Made by a program: the position numbers and the translations under genes
Assembly (NCBI GenBank): GCA_002189035.1
Contig: NEEC01000020.1
Coordinates: forward strand, 1,116,001-1,180,000
Direction of reading: 5' to 3'
From: Utricularia gibba
Lineage: Eukaryota; Plantae; Magnoliophyta
DNA: 64,000 bases
Notes under the pieces: generated by a model
What the model saw: only the letters and a program-made list of their open reading frames with translations
Told to the model about the DNA's origin: nothing
Databases searched by the model: none
Shown: one piece after another, positions 52,927-64,000 of the stretch
How positions within the stretch are numbered: position 1 is the stretch's first letter
Layout: each line of letters begins with the position of its first letter

Positions 52927-55900
52927 AGAATGTCTCCAAAGGTTTCTACGAAAGTTTATATGGCACTTCTATTTCTTTTATTAGATTTCCGGAAATCATT
53001 ATGTAGGTGCAGTTTTATTTTCGAATTTCTGCAGAATGGAATTTCCACTTCCATTGTGGAAATCTATTAAAGTGGGCGCCAAAAGATGGCGCCAACTTTT
53101 TTCTTCCCCAATTCCATTGGCATCAATGCTTTGGTTCTTCGATACAAGCATGTTTGAATTGTATCTTGTTCTTCTGTGATTTTAATAGTGTCACTGCTTC
53201 AGTTCTTCGCAATAAGCTTGTTTGAATTGTATCTTGTTCCTGGATCATGGGTATTCTTCAAGTCTATCTTGTAAGGTTAGCTCTTTCAAACCTATCCTGT
53301 AAGTTTAAATCCATAATTTTCAAACCTATCTTACAAGATTCAATATTGTTTTTGTTTTTGAAATAGTATGATTGGTTTATATGAATTTCTTTGACCTGAA
53401 TTTTGAGTAATCATAGTCTATTAATGTTTAGATAAGTTTGATGTCTCTTGTTGTGGAGTTGAATTCTTTTTCAAATGTCTTTGTTGGTTTTTGATTAATT
53501 GTTTAAATGAAATCTACTGAAATAAATTCAATTCTATATTTGACAAAGGATTGGTTTATGTTGAGAAAGACATAACCTTTTGATTTTATTTATTAATCCA
53601 CCTTTTCTCCTTTTATAGGATAGCTGATAGAGGATTGGTTTCGACAAGATGGTGTGAGGAAGATAAGTTCATTATTGTTTCAGCTTGACTTAATATAGTC
53701 AAGGATTAGGAACGTAGAGCTTCTAAAAAAGGAAATAGTTTTTGGTAAAAAATACATGAGTATTATTATCAAGCTGGACCAACTAGAACTCGTACACAAG
53801 ATATAATTTTCCGAAAATTAGTAAGTCTAAACTCTTCTATAAGCAAGTTTGGTGGTTGTTTTGATAGTATTGTTGCAAGAAAAGGGAGCGAACTCAACAA
53901 ATATGATTTTAAGTAACAAGCTTTAGAGTTGTACAAAATTGAAGTAAATAAAGATTTCCTTGATATCAAATGTTGGGATATATTACATAATGAGCCAAAA
54001 TGAATATCGATAAGAAATGCTAAGTTACTTTGAATTTATTTGTTGTTCGTTCTAATGTTTTTTTTTTGCAAGATCAATGTAGTGACAAGTGCCACCCAAA
54101 TAACTCAAACTCAAAACATTATGGAATCGCTATCAAATGAACATGTCAAGTTTTTGATACACTTGATCTTTATATTTATTTTCTATTGTTGATTTTTTCT
54201 TATTTTTTTATTTAGGTCTTCATAACATTGAAACACCACATACTCCACAAGAAGAAAAGCCAATTGGGCGACGGCAAATTGTAAACGCATGGAAAAATAA
54301 GTGGTTGGATCAAATTAACAAGTTGCATATTCAGGACTACGAGATGATATCAAGGCAATGAAGATGACTATTGATAAGAGAAATGAATTGATATGACAAT
54401 TCAATCAACTATATATAGTATCATTGACAAAAAAAAAGATGCAAGAACTTGCATATAATGATCTCATTAATGTCTCAACATCTTATTTTATTACAAATAA
54501 ATTGATAGGTAATAATGAAACGTAAATAAATTGTTATTAGTAGTTTATAAGAATTAAGTTTGTATATCTAAATAAAAGTGTTCGTTGGTAATGAAAAGAA
54601 TAGATTGACTAAAATAAAATTGATTTTATGTAGTTGAAAATTAAATCACCTAGTAAATAAAAATATACTTGATACAAATAAAATTGGTAATTGAAATGAC
54701 AATTAAATCACATAGTAAATAAAAATAACATTAGTATTTGAAATGAATATGTTCATCAAAATAAATTTTGTAGTAAGATTACAACTATGTATACTTGAAG
54801 CTACTATTCAATTTCTATTAATACAAGAAATAAATCCTTATTTGTCAAAAAGTTGGTCGATGATTTTTAATGATGAAGATGTAAATTGTGTAGCAAATTT
54901 ATTAGAAATGGCTGAAATCTTATGCAACAATTCCGATGATGAGGAACAAGAACCTCAAACCCGATAATATATTGAGCGTAATCATGAATTAGGCCATGAA
55001 ATGTTAGCAGCTGATTACTTTTGTGACCGTTCATCTTATATAAATGAACAATTAAATCGAAGATTTTAGATGTGTTGATGTCTACTTGAACGGATTGTCA
55101 ATACTATGAAAGAAATAGATTTGTTTTTTCAGGAAAAGTTAGATTGCACTGATCGATTATGATTGAATGCATTACAAAAGTGCACAAAAACTATTCGAAT
55201 GCTAGCATATGAATGTGGGGTAGATGCTGTTGATGAATATATTCATATTGGAGAGATAATCATAGATTGTCTTCATCATTTTATTATTGTTTTTTGTTCA
55301 TGTTTTTCGACAGAATATTTGAGATCACCAATAATAGAGGATGTAGAACATTTGCTTTCATGAAGAGAATCTCGTGAATCTCTTAAAATGCTTGGAAGTA
55401 TAGACTATATGTATTTTGAGTGGAAAAATTACCTAATTCCATGGCAAGGTCAATGTAAACGTAGAGATCATTGAAAACCTTCGTTCATGTGAAAAGAAGT
55501 GGCTTCTGGTGATACACGGAATTAGCACATTTTTGTGGAATACTAAGTGTGAATAACGATATAAATGTTCTATCATTTCCATTTATTAAATGAGTTATAT
55601 AACGACGTCACTCTACGAGTACAATTTACTATCAATAGTAATAATTATGACATGATACACTATTTAGTAGATAGAATTTATCCTAAGTGGCCTATTTTTA
55701 TGAAGTCTATTACGCTGTCACAAAGTCGAAAAGCTCGGCTATTTTCGTAATTACATGAGAGTGTCAGAAAAGATATAGAATGTAGTTTTGGGATCTTAAA
55801 AATCCAATTTGCGATTCTGACAATGCCGACAAGAGTTTGGGATCGAAAAACATGATGAGATATTATGTATGCATATATCATTTTGTATAATATGATAGTT

Positions 55901-56340
55901 GAAGATGAATGTCATATAATTTATTTTGATAATATTGAAGATGATTATGATTGTTGTTTAACAATTCATCTTTCGAAAATTTATGTGAATATTTATACAA
56001 CTTTGCAAAGCTACCTTGGACGAGTGAAATGCTCATGTGATATCAACACCATTGACGGTTGAAAATGGACTTGATTGAGCATATTAGGGAAAATTTTAAT
56101 TGATATATTATGCGGATAATTTTAATTTTGAGTTGTTCTAGTTGTGTTTAAACTGATCTCCGTAATTTATTTTTATGTTATATTTTTTTAACATTTCATC
56201 AATTATCTTCTCTCTCTATCAATATTATTTATTTAATGAAATGATTGTAAAGAAAATGGAAATTCAGTAATTGGATTTCCAAAAACACATTAAAGGTGAC
56301 ATGACACTTCAGATTTTCGGAAACCATTGAAAATAATCTT
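52927..56340 (+). mobile_element. Decayed PIF/Harbinger transposon with Myb/SANT-like ORF and transposase
   Basis: ORF1 remnant ~53630-54010 (W..EEDK.I.SA.LNI..SFW.KIHEYY..CWDILHNEPK). Transposase remnant ~54960-56100 (YIERNHE.GH.ML.ADYF, RMLAYE...DAVDEYI, MLGSID.MY.EWKN, YL.D.IYPKW..F.KSI, KDIECSFGIL, MIVEDE, DLIEH). Degenerate TIRs AGAATGTCTCCAAAGGTTTC / rc AGATTATTTTCAATGGTTTC. Confidence 0.85.
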
Positions 56341-58244
56341 GTGTAATAGGGTTGAACACTAGATAAACCTTAGAGTTTACAAATATCATCAATAAGGACT
56401 CATAAGTCCACTAGACACCACAATCGCATCCTTAAATCTTTGGAATCGCTCAAGATAGAAATAATTTTTATAAAAGTACTTTTCTTTCTAAGATAAGAAG
56501 ATTTTCACATCAAATAATATCTCCTACCTAAAAGAAGAGAGGATTAAAAAAAATGAAGATATTTTTTCAACCCTTAGCATAAGAGTTGAAATGGAGGGAT
56601 TTTCATACTTTGAACTAAGCATTTTTGAAGATGGAGAGACTATGAATCAGATAATTATTTGCTCATGACTAAGAGTAACGTCATGAAAATAGCTTTTTTT
56701 CGTATTTTCTTATCACCTGTTTTCAAGATGGTGATTATGAATATGAATATGATCTTATTTTCTTTTATTGAGATGTTTTACTTATCTTTAATATAATTAG
56801 TTAAGCTAAAAGTAATACTTCAAGAAGAAGAGTGAGAAATGTTCATTTAAGTTTAAGTTCGAAAATTATAATATGCTAGTGTAAATGTTTCTAACAATTA
56901 AGAATAGATCCAAAAGAGTAAGAGAAAAATACAACTAGCTTCATAAAGCCAACTTAAAGGTAAATTAATAGATATAGTATGTGGTGACATAGATGATTTT
57001 ATTATATGAAAATCAGTATCATTGAATAGATATAGTATCATTAATTTTATGAAATGATAGATTTAAATATAAGATAACCTAATAAACTCGAGGAAATTAA
57101 AAATTAATAGAGATTGGTTAGAGTAGGTTTAATCCATCTTGGATTCATTTACACATTAAAATTTTAAGACCACAAATTGAGTAAGCATATTATCCCTAGA
57201 ATGCTTGGAAATCGTATTCTTATATTTTGAATTAAAAATAGAACCTTGTTATATTTATTTTTATTTTCATAATTGCTGCTTACTTTTTGATAGTTTTGAC
57301 TAAGATAAAAATTTGATTGTGACAACCAAAATGTATAAACCTTCACATAAGCATTAAGCTCTTTAAGTTTGATCTCAAAACATTCTGCACTTTCTTCATA
57401 TTACATTCATATGCATTTAGGCATTATAAATTTTATTTTTTTCAAAAAATTCTAATATTTCAAGGTTATTTGAAGATTTTTATTTTTTTTTCTTCTTTTT
57501 TGCAAAGATAAACCATAACCAAAACACCCTTAGTTCCCTTGCTTTCCAAGTCATCAATTTTAATGTTCTTTCTTCTTTTTTCTCAAAGATAAAAACACAC
57601 CCAAAATACCATTCAAAAGAATTGACTAATTAAGGAAGAGATTTTCCGATCATAATTTATCTAAATGGAATTTATGATTGAATAGCTAATTATAGGTTTG
57701 GATTGTAAAAATCACTAGAATAACAAAATTCAGTAGTGAGCTTTTTTCTATTAGTAAATTTAAGAATAAGTTTTGATAGTTCTACAGTTTCTTTCAAGTT
57801 CTCCCATTCACATTAGAAACCAAAAGCCAAATAAATTATAATCAAAGATTGAATGTCCTACAAAACAGAAAATTAGACCAAATCAAATTTGTACGAAGTA
57901 AACATTTGTTACCGCGAGTGTAATGATAATTTGCTTGTAAAAATTATTGTTTTAGTGCTTTAAACATTTCAAAGTAAACAGCAAAGAACAAGACCCTCAA
58001 CGATTAAAGTGGACTAACTAATACACTATATGCATGCATTAGCCCTTGTTAGAGACGATAGCAAATGCTTACAAGGTGAAGATACGATGTGATTGATAGT
58101 GACTAGAAAGCTCCATTGAGAAGGCAACACAGATTGGATTCTCGTCTTCATCCAGAAGAAAATTCCTCGCATTTCTGATGGCTGCACAAGAAACAACTTT
58201 ACTGAGTTCAAACCATTTAATGCATTCTGCAGGACTACCGGGAA

Positions 58245-61106
58245 CTAGTACCTTTTGGTATCATCATCAGGGGAAAGATCAGCAGGATCTTCATCATCTA
58301 TCTCTTCCTCATCTTCTAGTGAAGCGGATTGGTCACAAGGATCAACATGGGTACCATCACCTTTCCTCACAAACTGACCTCTCACGCGAGGGCGACGATC
58401 TGCAAGTTTTTTTCGGTTTACATACCTAATCTTTTTGTCAAAGCATCTTTCCTTTCGCTTCTGTCTGAACTTCATCAATGCTGCCTCTCTTCGACCAACC
58501 TTCTTTACTTGTCCCTTGTTGGAGTCGGGGTTTTCGAGTGGTGGCTCTGGGTGATGCAAAGATGGTTGACCTGACTGTAAGCAGACGCCAAAGGGATAGT
58601 ACGTGTAAGCTGCAAAACTGGGCATCTGAGAGGGGCATTGTGGGATGTTCGGGTAATGAGGTAGCATGGCAGCACTTCCATGGTTCTGCATATAAGGTGG
58701 TATGCTGTAATGGTTCATCATCCCAGGGAAATAATAAGGAGAGGCACCAGGCAGAAAACCAGCAGCACCATTCATAGAATCATTTCTTATATGCGCATGC
58801 TCTTGAGGAAGGATCAGTGAGTTTCCCTGCTGAGAAATATCCCCAGAACATGGTGGAGTGCTGGACCTCTCAAGGGAAAAGGATTCAGAAACACTGTTTG
58901 AGCTTGGATGGTTATCTGGAGAATGGCTCCCGAGTGTATTTCCAACTTCTGGTGCTCGTTTGGACATGTCAGTGCAGTCCCGTGTTGCAATATTCTCCAT
59001 AGAATTCATACTTGGGGGTGCCCTTTCATGAATAGAATCTCCATGGTCGTCACTTTTTGATGTGACAGACTTGATGTAGGTGAAGAAAGCTGAAGACTCA
59101 CCTACCTTCAGGCCACTCTTCTTAGGAACAGATGATATTTGGCCTGGAAGCATTACAACACATAATCCAAGACATGAACAGCATTTAGACTACAAAAATA
59201 TTAGCACACTCTTATCATCTAGATAACAGATTTACCCACCATCAGAAAGCAAAATAACTCGGAAAAATAAATGAAAGGACACCCATAAAAATCAGACAAG
59301 GCAATACTAACAGGGACAAAAGAAAAATGCATCATGCAGAGAAGGCTAATTTGGTTAAATGTATGACAGCAAAGTCAGGCTTATAGTATTCATTTAAATA
59401 ATTAGCGGAAGAGCGTATTACCTTTCCGTGTATCATCTGGAGCATCAGGTGGACACTGAGATACTTGAACTGTAGTAAATCCTGAAGTGTTTATCTGAAC
59501 AGACACAAAAAAACCGTATCAATAATGCAGACAATAAAAGGGAATTCACCACTCACATGGAGTACATCCTTCAACCCAACTACGATTTCGCCCATAAACA
59601 AAATGATAATCTCCTATTATTGAAATTCAAGTAAAAATTGGACTTGTCTCATTTGGCGAATCTATCAACTTCTTTTCTCTCTTCTTTCCAAAATGAAAAT
59701 CTCCCATTATTTAAATTCAAGTAAAACTTGGACTAGTCTTATCTGGCTAACCCATCAAGTTCTCTTCTATCTCTTCTTTCCAAACTGATAATCTCTTATT
59801 ATTGAAATTTCCATGGCTGCTGGTAGAATCAAGCAAACAAACTCACATCATATTCTTGGTGGGTTGAAGCACCAGCCTCAGGGTTCTTTCTCGACTTTTC
59901 ATCTGTATCATCTGAAAATATAGTAGTGCTGTTCGTTTTATCATCACTGTGATCTGATGCAACCATATCAAAATCATAGCTTATGACATTCTTTTCCACA
60001 AGTCCAAGCTGCCATGAAAACGGAATGGATACGATATTTGGGAGTAACAATAGTAATAAATTAGACATTCAGCTAATGAAAGTAAACACTAAAACAATGC
60101 AAGTACTCAGGCTGGAACACCGAAATGCAATTACCTATTACTAAATCATGGATTCAGGTTCCTCTAGCTCCAATCAGGATTACATCATTAATGGATAATA
60201 AAAATTTACCTTGCAAATCAAAGAACAAAAACGCAGTGATAGAATGGGAGAAAAAAGAAAATGTACCAGTCTTCTTCTCCTCCACATGTGAGTCCACAAA
60301 TTCAGCAGTTCATTGGTTCGTAATGGTTTCACAAGGTAGTCAGCAGCTCCAAGTTTCAAGCACTTGACAACAACGGGAACATCATCTTGAGCTGACATCA
60401 CTATCAACCAACCAGGCGAAAAAATTACCTAAATGTATTCAACGCGCCTAAAACAGGAAAACATGAAGATGCATAGAACACATGATGCTCACTAATCACT
60501 GGTATACGGCGTAAATCCTTGTCCCTTGCAATATACTTGAGCATTTTCAGACCTTTTGGCAATGGCAGGTCAACCTCGGAAAGTATGATATCAATATTAG
60601 GCCCCTCAGCATTCAATGCATCAATCACCTGCCTTGGAGACTTGACAGACGTTACTGGAACAGAAGGGCCATGACCAATCAGCATAACGTGACTCGTTTG
60701 CACAATAACAATGTTTCTAGTGCTCAATCTTCCTCCAGATTCACAAGATCATACAGTTATACTCGTTAATGAGCTAAGAGATCCCAACAGAAGAAAACGC
60801 TATAATTCTAGGTATGCTGATCTGTTTCCCCAAGCCTCCTACTATAAATAACGATGCCCTTTCTTATAGCTTCTACGTTCAAATTAATCACGCAATAAAC
60901 AGAATTTAAAATGATAATAAACTACTGGAAACGAGAAACAGAGAGATTTCAACTGAATAGCAGAAAATCGCACCTTGATAAGAACATCCACACAGAAGTG
61001 TGAAGACCTCCTCAGAACACTTGTCATCGTTATCACACAACAGAATCCTAACCTTACTCCGATCAATGAACCCATCGGCACTTTTCCCCACCTCACTCTT
61101 CTCCAT
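58245..61106 (-). CDS. TOC1: Pseudo-response regulator TOC1/PRR1, 6 exons
   Basis: Exons 61106-60974, 60654-60493, 60400-60267, 60008-59847, 59494-59422, 59143-58245, all in phase. [15 protein letters not shown] pseudo-receiver, [18 protein letters not shown], and CCT domain [43 protein letters not shown]. Confidence 0.96.
59601..59810. repeat. ~90-bp tandem repeat (about 2.3 copies) in TOC1 intron 4
   Basis: AAA(T/C)(T)GA(T/A)AATCTC..ATTAT..AAATT starts at 59601, 59691 and 59782. Confidence 0.85.
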
Positions 61107-61170
61107 CACCAAAAGAGTCAGATCAGAACCCTCCTGTTTTCAACGACGTACGCAAACCACCAATTGCCTC

Positions 61171-61212
61171 TTAACTTAGCCGTGGAAAGAAAATTTCCCC
61201 AGAAATCTCCAT
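61171..61212 (-). promoter_or_regulatory. Candidate 13-codon uORF in the TOC1 leader
   Basis: ATG GAG ATT TCT GGG GAA ATT TTC TTT CCA CGG CTA AGT TAA (MEISGEIFFPRLS*), stopping 64 nt before the main ATG. The TSS is unknown. Confidence 0.45.
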
Positions 61213-64000
61213 TTCCCTCGTTGGCAGCTCTCCAAACAGTAGCGATGTAGTGTAAAAATCTAGAAAAAGATCCCAGAGAGAAAAGCGAAAAGCGTAGGTG
61301 ATCTGGTATTGCCCGCGTTGGGCCGTTGAGATTCGGAAGGGACGGTGGAGATATGACCAGAGGTGATGTGGTGGGGTGCGGAGGATATTTGGCTTCAAAG
61401 AAACAGACGGCGCCACGTCAGTCGATAAAGAACGCGGATCAATCGGCGGGTGACCTGTACAACCATTTTCAATTGGTACAGCGACTCAACCCCCAAAGAA
61501 CCGGTTTATTCATTTCAAGACCCGAAACAAGTTGCTCCGTGGGTGGCATATTGATTTTCAACATTTGAATATATTTAATATTCATATTAACCAATAAATT
61601 TGAACATACAAAATATTACACAATAATGCGTATTATGATAATTGATTTTATATCATTTTAAAAATCCGTATTTTTTTTATAATTGTTTTGGATTGCTTCT
61701 ACCCACTTTACACATCTCATTTTCATTACTTTACACTAATTTCATATTAAATCTAATATGTGGAATTATTATTGTACATTTAACTGTTTCTTACACTAGA
61801 TTGTTATTTTAATTGGTTGAATTAAGAATATGTGGAAAAATTCAAGATATATTTTAATAATAATTTTTTTATTGAATTTTCTTTTTACGTATTGCAAGCC
61901 AATTTTCAATCATTCACATACTCTTTGGCCTCACGGGTAATGGCTACAGGGTTTGGAAGTTTTTTAAAAGATTTTGTGTGACATTAACTGGGTTCCACTC
62001 GGTATTCTCGAATAGAGCCACCTACTAACACTAGATATTCTCGAATTGATTTTATAAAAACTTTATCCAGCATTCAATAGAGGCATCTTCTAATTGCTCT
62101 AGTTGGATAGGCTTTATTCGAGAATAACAAGAAATATTTAATGTTGATTTTTCCTTTTTTGTAAAACTAACCCCTTTTTTCCTAGTCAAACATGATTAAT
62201 GGTTCAATCTTTTTTAGAATAGGAATTTTTTTCTTACGTGTAGTGGACTGCATGCTTGCACCTGAATGCAAAAGATGAATAGACAATAAGGGGGTATTTT
62301 TTGAGAGATATACATAGTATCTAGCAATAGAACACATCTCCTCATTGAGTGACACAAAACACCTATAGTATTAAGTGCATCACTTGCATGAAATACAATT
62401 AAACATACTTAGGGTTGATAAACAAAAAATTATGCAAGTTGTTAAAATTAAAAATTCACATATTAAATAAATTTATAAACCTAATTAACAACCAATCATA
62501 TTAAAAAGATAAGCATAATGGATTAGAGTCAAATACAAGGAGCTATATGTCTATTGTATTAAGATTGATGCATGTTGTTTTTGTAATGGTTGAAAATTTA
62601 GTTTAAGTTAGAGATATGAGTTTCACAATAATATGCAGATAGGTAACAATAGGAAAAATCAGATCTTTATCTAAAATAAAAGAAGATAATGCATTAAAAC
62701 ACTCAGGAATAGCATGCTAATCACTATAACTATTCCATCTAAACCAAAAAATTATTCACCTAACAAGAAAAGGCTCAAGTTTACCCAAATTCTTGTTTTT
62801 TTCTAATTTTTTATCTACCTCTAATTAGAGTTGTTTATGATAAATACTCCCCTTCTTGAATCTGTCTTGGTTTGATAAAAAAGTTGAGTGATTAAGTGAT
62901 GGTGTGATCTAGTGAACAATAAGTATACTCAACTCCCTTTTTTCCAAGGTACCTCTATGTGCCTAGTCACTTATACTAAGGGAAAGAAAATCACTTTTAT
63001 AATATAACATGAAAACTATCTTCGTTCTACAACTTAAAAGCATGAAAAGAAATAATATAACAAGCAGTAACTAGAATCATAAATAGTTGCATGAAAAAAC
63101 TAAAACTATTTTGAGCTAAGAGTAATGTTCTTCATAAGCGAAAGAAACCTTCAAAAGAGTACTTGGTTCCTGTTTCGTCTTCTTCGTTTCTTCCTATAAG
63201 TTCTTCCCAGATCTTCTCCCCATAAGAAGTCTCAGGTGTATTCTCCAAAGCCTTGGAGATATTTTCTTCCACCTCACTATGCTAAAACTCCTCTTTTTTA
63301 TCTTCTTGGAATTTGTTGCTTCTCTTTCTTCTCTTTTGTCTCCTTTTCATGTTGCCTCTATTGTACACTTTTCAGCTCATTGGGATTTACATTGTTGACA
63401 TATGCTGCGTTGCTCAAGAAAATGATTGGAAACACAAGTAGTTGTGCTAGTCACAAAAACGTAGAAATACACTATAAAGTCTGCGTTTTGTAGAAAAATA
63501 TTAATTATTTTCCTATTCTTAAGCACTCAAAAATATATGTTATCAAGGGTACATGCCATGTGTTTTGTATGCGTCATTGTTTCGACTCCCATTCCTACAT
63601 AATAAAATATGAAACCCAATAATGAATGATAATGATCAGAGGAGATGAATGCACAATTTCATGAATAGAAAGTAGCCACGAAAATCCAATAAATTTGATG
63701 AGTACAATTTCATGAACGGTATCTAGATATGAATCTTCACGGATGAATGAATTGCATCAATCTAAAATATAGTAGCTATCTCCCTTATGTTGAAGCTGAT
63801 GCATTGCATTCTATAACACAACTTCACTAGTCTTTGTAGTAATACTAGAAGAAACTGAAACCATCGAATACTAATCATCGGTGGAAGGTTGTGGAACAGT
63901 TACATCCCTCTGTTGTTGTGGCCTTGTAGTACCATATTCATTCTCATATAATTCATACAAATAATTTAAAGCATTTAAAGCAAAATCATACATGACTTTA

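Noticed and set aside
56342-57153. Possible solo LTR with TG...CA ends
   Set aside because: No matching TSD, and no second copy, PBS or PPT in the window.
1-64000. CRISPR arrays, rRNA, tRNA or prokaryotic-type defence systems
   Set aside because: The window is spliced eukaryotic DNA; there are no regularly spaced identical repeats and no recognisable structural RNA genes.

Overview
Plant (eudicot) nuclear DNA. GC-richer, compact-intron genes sit in very AT-rich spacers full of decayed transposons. Eight protein-coding genes can be reconstructed exon by exon: NSE1 (+), a NETWORKED1/KIP1-like actin-binding coiled-coil gene (+), the domesticated Harbinger nuclease ALP1 (-), subtilase SBT1.6 (-), HECT E3 ligase UPL7 (-), plastid PEP/phosphate translocator PPT1 (+), RNA polymerase III subunit C11 (-) and the clock gene TOC1/PRR1 (-). 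NSE1, ALP1 and SBT1.6 each carry exactly one 1-bp deletion in a short homopolymer, most simply an unpolished-assembly artefact. Spacers hold two old Copia elements (one split by a 4-kb hAT insertion, one carrying a ycf2-containing organellar fragment), a decayed two-ORF PIF/Harbinger element plus related ends, and several MITEs. I found no rRNA, tRNA or CRISPR array, and I cannot support a wholly new biological system. The best leads are the organellar mosaic inside a Copia pol, the state and leader of ALP1, candidate uORFs, and a hairpin cluster below UPL7. Gene names come from my recall of Arabidopsis homologues, not from a database search; TE boundaries and identities were estimated by eye.
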